NCBI GenBank assembly: GCA_001643675.2
Contig: LSRY02000035.1
Coordinates: 558,001-622,000 of the forward strand
Length of the DNA stretch: 64,000 nucleotides
Direction: 5' to 3'
Source of the DNA: Monocercomonoides exilis PA203
Taxonomy: Eukaryota; Protista; Preaxostyla
Below the pieces are notes generated by a model. The model was not told the origin of the DNA and did no database searches. It worked only from the letters and a program-made list of their open reading frames with translations. The position numbers and the translations under genes are program-made. Of the stretch, positions 57,601 through 64,000 are shown piece after piece (position 1 is the stretch's first letter; each line of letters begins with the position of its first letter).

Positions 57601-60600
57601 CCGATTATCATCAGACGGTGCGTATTATCCAGAGTGGGTGAACTCTTTCGTCTCGTCAAATTCGAGCTTGCTTGTTATGGGAGACAGTGTGCTGAAGAAG
57701 GATTACGACAACCTGCAGCAGAATTCTGGGCTGATGGCGTGCTCCAATCTGCTGTGGGACGGGATGGGGGCAGCGATTGACCTGATGTTTGTGTGCAGAC
57801 ACGTGTTCACACCGATCATTCTGGAGTTCATCGGAATGCAGGTGAACAGAAACAGCGCGAAGAGGAAGTGCCTGCAGATGCTGCGGTGGGTGGTATATTT
57901 CGAAGAGCTGACCAGAAAAAAGAAGGAAAGCGACTCGGCTACAAACAGAGAATGGGTCAAGTGCCTGAAGATTGCATACGGGCCAAGGGCATGCTTGATG
58001 TGGAAGCAGTTGAGAGAGAAGCTTGGCATAGCTCCTTCTCCTCAATTGCAATCTATCCACTCAAAACAGGCACCAATCGAAACAAAAGTTGCTTCTTCAT
58101 CTTCTTCCTCATCTCCCTCTCAGTCATCTTCACATTCATCATTTTCTGAAAGCCAAACAGTTGTGGACTACTGCGAACTGCCTGATGTTCCTCCTTACGT
58201 TCTGAATCATCTCTTCCGCCGCACCGACAATAAGACGTCCTTGTGCATCTTCAAAGTTGCTAAGCAATTTGTTCTCCAATTGAGCAAGTCCATTGAACTG
58301 GCAGAGCGCCAGCAGATGAACAAGCAAATGCTAAACGAATTGAAAAACACAATGAGCCATGCCACGAGCCGCCTGATATCTGTGATGAAGCTGTGGCCGC
58401 TGCCGAGGAACTTGAATGAGCTTTTCGTCCTGCAGAAGATCGCACCAGCTGTACTGTACCACATTCTACCGGATTACTTTGCCTCAGTGAAGGAGGATCG
58501 CTCAATTCTTGACCACAAAGCTGCATTTGAGTATCTGTTCATGGGGATTGAAATCCATTTGAACTCATTGAAAAAGGATGAAGACAACATTGGTGACGAA
58601 CTGGTGAAGTGTGTGCACGAAATAATGCAATTCTGTCCATTGCAGCTTTTTCGCCCGAAGCTCCAGTTGGAAATGGAATATGAACAGGCACAAAACGCGA
58701 ACAATGCTGCAAATCAGTCTCAACAGCCTCCACCACCACTTGCAGCACCACCAGCAGCAGCACAAAAACCGAGTATTCCGCTAGACGAAGAAAAGGAGAA
58801 AAGACGGAAGCTCTACGATGAAAAGGGGTTGACCAAAACCAGATGCTCAGTACTTCATTGGTTCAACAAGCGGCTTTTGCAAATCATAAGTGCATACCAC
58901 AGACGAGTTCTGGATCAAGCTGTAGCTGCAAAGTCATCTCTGTCTCTTTCTTCTTCTTCTTCTGCTGCTTCTTCTTCTTTGGTAACACGACCTTCTTCAG
59001 GTACTGGCTCATCACCATCATCTTCGCTACTACCTTCAAACCAGTTTCCACCGAGTGCTGGAAGCAACAATGCAACTGCAAACCAATCTGATCAGTCGCA
59101 ACACGTCTCATCCCAGTCGGCGCAGCAAAACTTCCAGAAAGCAGCGCAAAAAGGACCAGCTCAGTCAAAAGTGATGGCTGTGGCAAGCCAAATGATTGCA
59201 GCTCTTCCTCAAACAAAAGCCCAGCCAGCAACTTCTCCAACGTCTGTCTCAATTACTCCTCCTTTCTCTCAGCAGACAGCCACAGGAAGCTCACTTCAGC
59301 AGCAGCCGCAACATCAACAAATGAATCTATCACCCCAATCCGCTTCAATTCTTCCCCAGTCTCAGCAAAGCACAGCTGGAACACAACAACAAGCACAACA
59401 AATAGGCCAAGTTCAACAGCAAGCGAATCAGATGCAGGCAATTCAACACAACAGCAATGCTTTGCCATCTCCCCAACAACAGAATCCGAATCCTCTTCAC
59501 TCGCAACACATTCAAGGTGCTGCACAGTTTTCATCGCTTGGGCTGAACTCTTCGAGCCATGTGAAATTTGCATCAACAACAGGCATGCCTTTCACTTTCA
59601 GTTCGAACGCTGTGATGCCCGTGATGTCCTCTGGAATGCCTCAGAACGGAAGGCAAATGAATGCCCAACAGCCACTCCAGATGAAAGTTCCAGGCTCCAC
59701 TCAAACAGCCACACTTGACTCTGCCAACAGCAACGTTTCTAAGGAGAAGTCATTTCAGATTGTTGAAAATACAATTGCTTTCTTCTTCAAATTGATAAAT
59801 GTTATTGTGATGTCAAATCCTATTCTTCTCACGATATCACAACAATATTTGATTGACTTTGCAACAATCTTTATGAATTTATCAACAAAAATACCAAACT
59901 GCTTGTGGTTTGCTTGTGAGACAATTAGCCAGCTGTGGTGGAATCTCAGACTCAACATGAGAGACACAGAAGAAAATGCATTGAAAGTCACTCAGCGGTT
60001 CGTAAGCATGTTTGCACAAACAAAAGAAGGGGCTTCGATGGCTCTGCAGCTGTTGCAGTCAGTTATTCTATCAGCGCCTTCTGATATGGACTATCCATTT
60101 GGCTGCCAGAGTTATGTGCTGCCATCTGGCCATTTTATTAATCCTCTGCTTCAGACTTTACCACACCCAGTAAAGCAATCACCGAAAAATGGAATGTCTC
60201 CGATTAATTCAGCAACTCGACTGAAACTGCTCCATCTACTTGCAATTGTGTACAATGAGATGCTGAAGGCAAATTCATTGAGCCACGACGAAAAGGAGAA
60301 TTTGAAGTTTTCTTTCTACCAATGCTGTCTTCTCGTGTATCGGGAGCATCTCTTGCAGCCTGTGCTGTGCATAAAGAATAGCACACAAATTGTTCCTGTT
60401 CCGCAACAGATTCCTTTTGGATTCCCAAATCAGCCTGGGCAGAGATTGAATGTTCCCCGCAATGCTCCAAATGCAAGATGGAATGAACCTGGAAAGCCAA
60501 CAGCTGGAATGCAAGTGGGAGGATTGGAACAGCAGAAAAACACGCAGATGCAAAAGCAAAACCCTCAAATGTTCTTCCAGCAGCAGCAGCAACAGCAGCA

Positions 60601-63600
60601 GCAACAACAACAGGCGCAGCAACAACCACAACATCAACAACTTCAGTTGCAATCCATGCAGCACCAGACTCAACCCCAGACTCAACCACAAGCACTACCG
60701 CAGCCTCAGCATCAATCGCAATCTCAGTTTCAACCACAACAGCAATCGCAGCAACAGCAACAGCAATTGATGAAAGTGCAACAACAGTCACAGCCACTCA
60801 TACCACAACTGCCGCAAATGCCGAATCCAAACAGCCAGACACAGCACGCACAACAGCTGATGCAGACAAGTCGTTCTATTCCAATCTCAACGACTGGATT
60901 TCCCGGCAGGCAAATGCACCAAATGATTTCTGTCCAGCCTCAGCTCGGAGGTGGGATTCATCAGGGCAGCTTAGGTCATCACCAGCCCCAGCCTCAGTCT
61001 TCCATGGGGGGTGGAATGCCAGTTCAGCAGTTTTATGGCAATGCACATGTTCCGATGAATACGGGTTCTATGTATTTTCAGCAGCAAATTCCATTGTTGA
61101 CTCAGCCTCCGAGGCAGCAACCACAGATGCCACAGTCTATTACACAGCAGCAACTTCAGTTTCCAATGCAGCAAATGCAAACTCAACAGCAAATGCAACA
61201 ACAGCAAGGATCGATAATGAATCAAGGACCATTCAGAGGTGGACTTCCTGGGGGCTCACCACTTGCTCCTGGGGAAAGATCAGGACAAAATGAAAGTGGA
61301 GCATTTAACACGGGAATTTTTCAACAGCAAGTACAACAGCAACAGCAGCAACAGTTTCAGCAACAGTTTCAGCAAAGAGGACAAATTCAGAATTTGAACA
61401 GGCAAGCTCCCGTGAATAATGCAGCTTCTGTTCAAATGCTTCATCCGAGCCAAACGGAAGTACCGCAACAAAATTATTTTATTTCCTCATTGCCATCTTC
61501 TGCTTCAATGACGCAGAACACTTCGACTGGCCCATCTTCAATCAATGTCCAGCAATCAACATCATCGCTGCCTGCGTTTCCTCCTCTTCCTTCTCGTCAA
61601 ATGCCTTCAAATATTTCTTCTGCTAATCAGCGGCCTAACCATCCCATATTGACACCATTGGCACATCCAATAAACCCTTCTGTGCAAATGGCATATCCCA
61701 CAGCATATAATTCTATCAAAGCAATTGATTCAGGGCAGATGAAACCTCTAAGCGAAAATGACGACAATCAGCTGTTTCTCTCAGAAATAAACACATTTTT
61801 GTCTGACACATGGGTTAATGGAGACTTTGAGGTAAGAACAAAGCTTCTTGAATTCATTCACTCAAATCTCCCAATCAACTTGTCTGAAAGACTGGAGTTT
61901 CTGGCTCTTGTGTATGAATGGAGACATCTCCAGTCTGCAAACATTCCACTTTTATTCAATTTGCTTTTGCTTGGCGTTTTCTCAGATAACTTTTATCCAA
62001 CTGGGCATATTTTGAAGCCTCATCCAGTGTTTTTTGATTCAACATCTGCACAAAACGAGCTTTCTGACAAACTACAGCCAGTTCGATTTGCAAATCACAC
62101 TGCACAAATTAACGGGTTCTGTAGCTGGAAAGCTTCAAATGACGATACTGAAAGTGGAATTGAAATTGAAGAAGAAGAAAGCGTGCAAAATGAAGAAGCT
62201 TCCGATAAAGAAGCTAACTCTGAAGCTGACGATTGGAGAAGATCTGCAATGAAAAATCGGAGAAAAACAACTCAACCACGCAGAACAGCAAAGGACCTTA
62301 GGCTTTTGAGCTTGTTTAGTCGCGATTCAAAAGCATCTTATTCACTTGTGTTAAACACATCGTCTGCTCATCTTGTTTCAGCATTTCGCTCTCTGTGCTT
62401 TGCATCCAACTCTCTCAGTCAAGAAATTCCTCTCTCACTATTTCCTGCTTTGTGGACGCGCCTTTCAGACTCAGAGCAGCAGAGCTGCATCAAAGCGACA
62501 ACAACTGCTTTATCAACAAATGTTGCTTCAGAAGTCGTTCCAAGCGATGCATTTGGATGGAAAGTGTCTTCTGCTGGACAGTTGCTAAGAGTTCAGAATC
62601 GATGTAGATTGCAGAGTTTCAATAGAGATTTGAGATTAGAAAAGAGTAAACCGTTTGATTTCTATGATGATGACAGCGGCGAGGAAAGCGACGGTTTTGC
62701 CAATCATTCGTCAAAAGATTGTAAACACACAGATGAGAAAAATTCATCCACCAGGAATGAAGGAATGATGGAAATTGACACAGGCAACACAAAGGAAACA
62801 ACAAAAGAACCGAGAAGAGATCTCAAGAGAAGGAAAAAAGGAAAGCATCTCCGCCGAATGCGCCCAGTGAACGAAGTTACTCGAGTGATTTGGCATTCTC
62901 ATCGGCCATCGTCTGCCCTTTCACCGTTCTGGTTCCTTCCTCCGCTTATGCAGAAGCGCAATATGGCAAGACACCCAACAGAACTGATTGGCTCAATGCC
63001 TGCAAACATTATGTTGAACTCAACAACGTTAGGAAGTTTGAGAAGTCGTCGTGTTTTGATGGAGAAAATGCTACAATTGCGAGGTGGATTCCTGACTGAT
63101 GGAAGAGAAAACTACAACAAGAGAAAGGAAGTATTGTGCCGAAAACACGGGACACCTGTTTCTGAGACAGAAATTTCAAAGCTTACAACTTTTGAAGATT
63201 TGATGGAGGATAACTTCAACATTTACTCAAAGCTGTCGCATCCGAATGTTGAAGAACATTATCAAAGGAAGCAAAAGAACGGAACTTCGAAGCCATTTGA
63301 GGCTGTGTCTCCATTTTCAACTTCATTGAGCGTTTCGAAGTCGCAGCATTCAAACGAGAAAAAACTTAACAATGAATTGCCAACTGTTTTAATGGAAAAT
63401 GATGAAGATTCTGAATTGAATACAAATAACTGTCAGATAGTTCAACAGAACGAAAGCAAAGATTCATTGAAATTGCAAGACCAAAATCTCAATGGATACG
63501 AGAAAGAAGATTTGAGCTGGATGAACAAGTTTTATCCTTATTCATTAGGATCTATCAATGATAATTGGCAGAAAGGGAGAGAAATTGCACGTTCAATCTT

Positions 63601-64000
63601 CAGAATTGGAGTGGGGAGAAGAGGAGAATCAGACGTTTCTTGGATGAAGCTTAGAATGAACGATACTACCAAAGAGACAACAAACTCTGGTGCAAATAAC
63701 ATTACAACAGAGCAAACAGGAAGCAAAGATGCTTTACCGAAGTCAATTGGATTAGACTCGATTTTGAATCAAGTAATTTTCGATACTGAGTCACTGTCAA
63801 TTCGCGAGAAGTTGTTGAGTGACATTGAAAAAGAAGTTTTCGGAGATGAGTCACATTCAGCATCAGCAGAACAATCACGTTCTTCGACTAATGTAAATCA
63901 TATGCTAATTCGCTTAGATGAAAAAACTCGTCGTCGTCGATTGCAGTTGTACCATCGTTTGACAGACAAGTATCTCTTCAACACAGCAGCGCTGATGATC
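42630..64000 (+). CDS. TRRAP: TRRAP/Tra1-like giant HEAT-repeat (PIKK-family scaffold) protein, 3' partial, >7,000 aa
   Basis: Exon 1 42630-43076, intron 43077-43192, then a frame apparently open from 43193 to the window end. It was spot-checked throughout, and the ORF track lists no terminated ORF in that frame. Collinear Tra1-like blocks at ~46620-46870 (STKYFESLIHFII...LVFLRDLL), ~47205-47490 (KELLSMILFLLPFSPATL...LRLWGRMG) and ~51746-51870 (ERLAGVEGLVALIHILPWEWLIVHESKILKSLL). Confidence 0.75.
47760..48260 (+). repeat. CAG/CAA-rich coding tract (poly-Gln-rich insert)
   Basis: Dense CAG/CAA codons in the TRRAP-like frame. Confidence 0.8.
60540..61400 (+). repeat. CAG/CAA-rich coding tract (Gln/Pro-rich insert)
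   Basis: (CAG/CAA)n runs in the TRRAP-like frame. Confidence 0.8.

Noticed and set aside
43518-63726. Dozens of short ORFs on both strands as separate genes
   Set aside because: All overlap the single long + frame and derive from its low-complexity tracts.
1-64000. CRISPR arrays, tRNA or rRNA genes, prokaryotic operons or defence systems
   Set aside because: No spaced direct repeats or RNA gene signatures seen, and the DNA is eukaryotic with spliceosomal introns.

Overview
Eukaryotic, intron-containing, gene-dense DNA. The style (very large Gly/Cys-rich receptor-like genes, Ser/Gln low-complexity inserts, short AT-rich introns) strongly resembles an oxymonad such as Monocercomonoides; this assignment is inference. 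The standard genetic code is used. In order: a nonsense-disrupted receptor-like pseudokinase gene (5' partial); a 5-exon eIF4E-family gene with a ~500 aa low-complexity tail, head-to-head with NSF/Sec18; an FKBP-TPR immunophilin; an intact 2721 aa receptor-like paralog; a 71 aa Cys-rich tail-anchored protein with a 9-nt micro-exon; a 2434 aa GHMP-kinase/nucleotidyltransferase fusion resembling a bacterial family; an EF-hand-like gene; a 3.5 kb TTAA-flanked element with 347-bp terminal inverted repeats containing a nested Merlin/IS1595-type transposon; a myristoylated C2HC zinc-finger gene; DCN1; and a giant TRRAP/Tra1-like gene (>7,000 aa, running off the window) that the ORF track misses. All family calls come from motif recognition by eye, with no database search.
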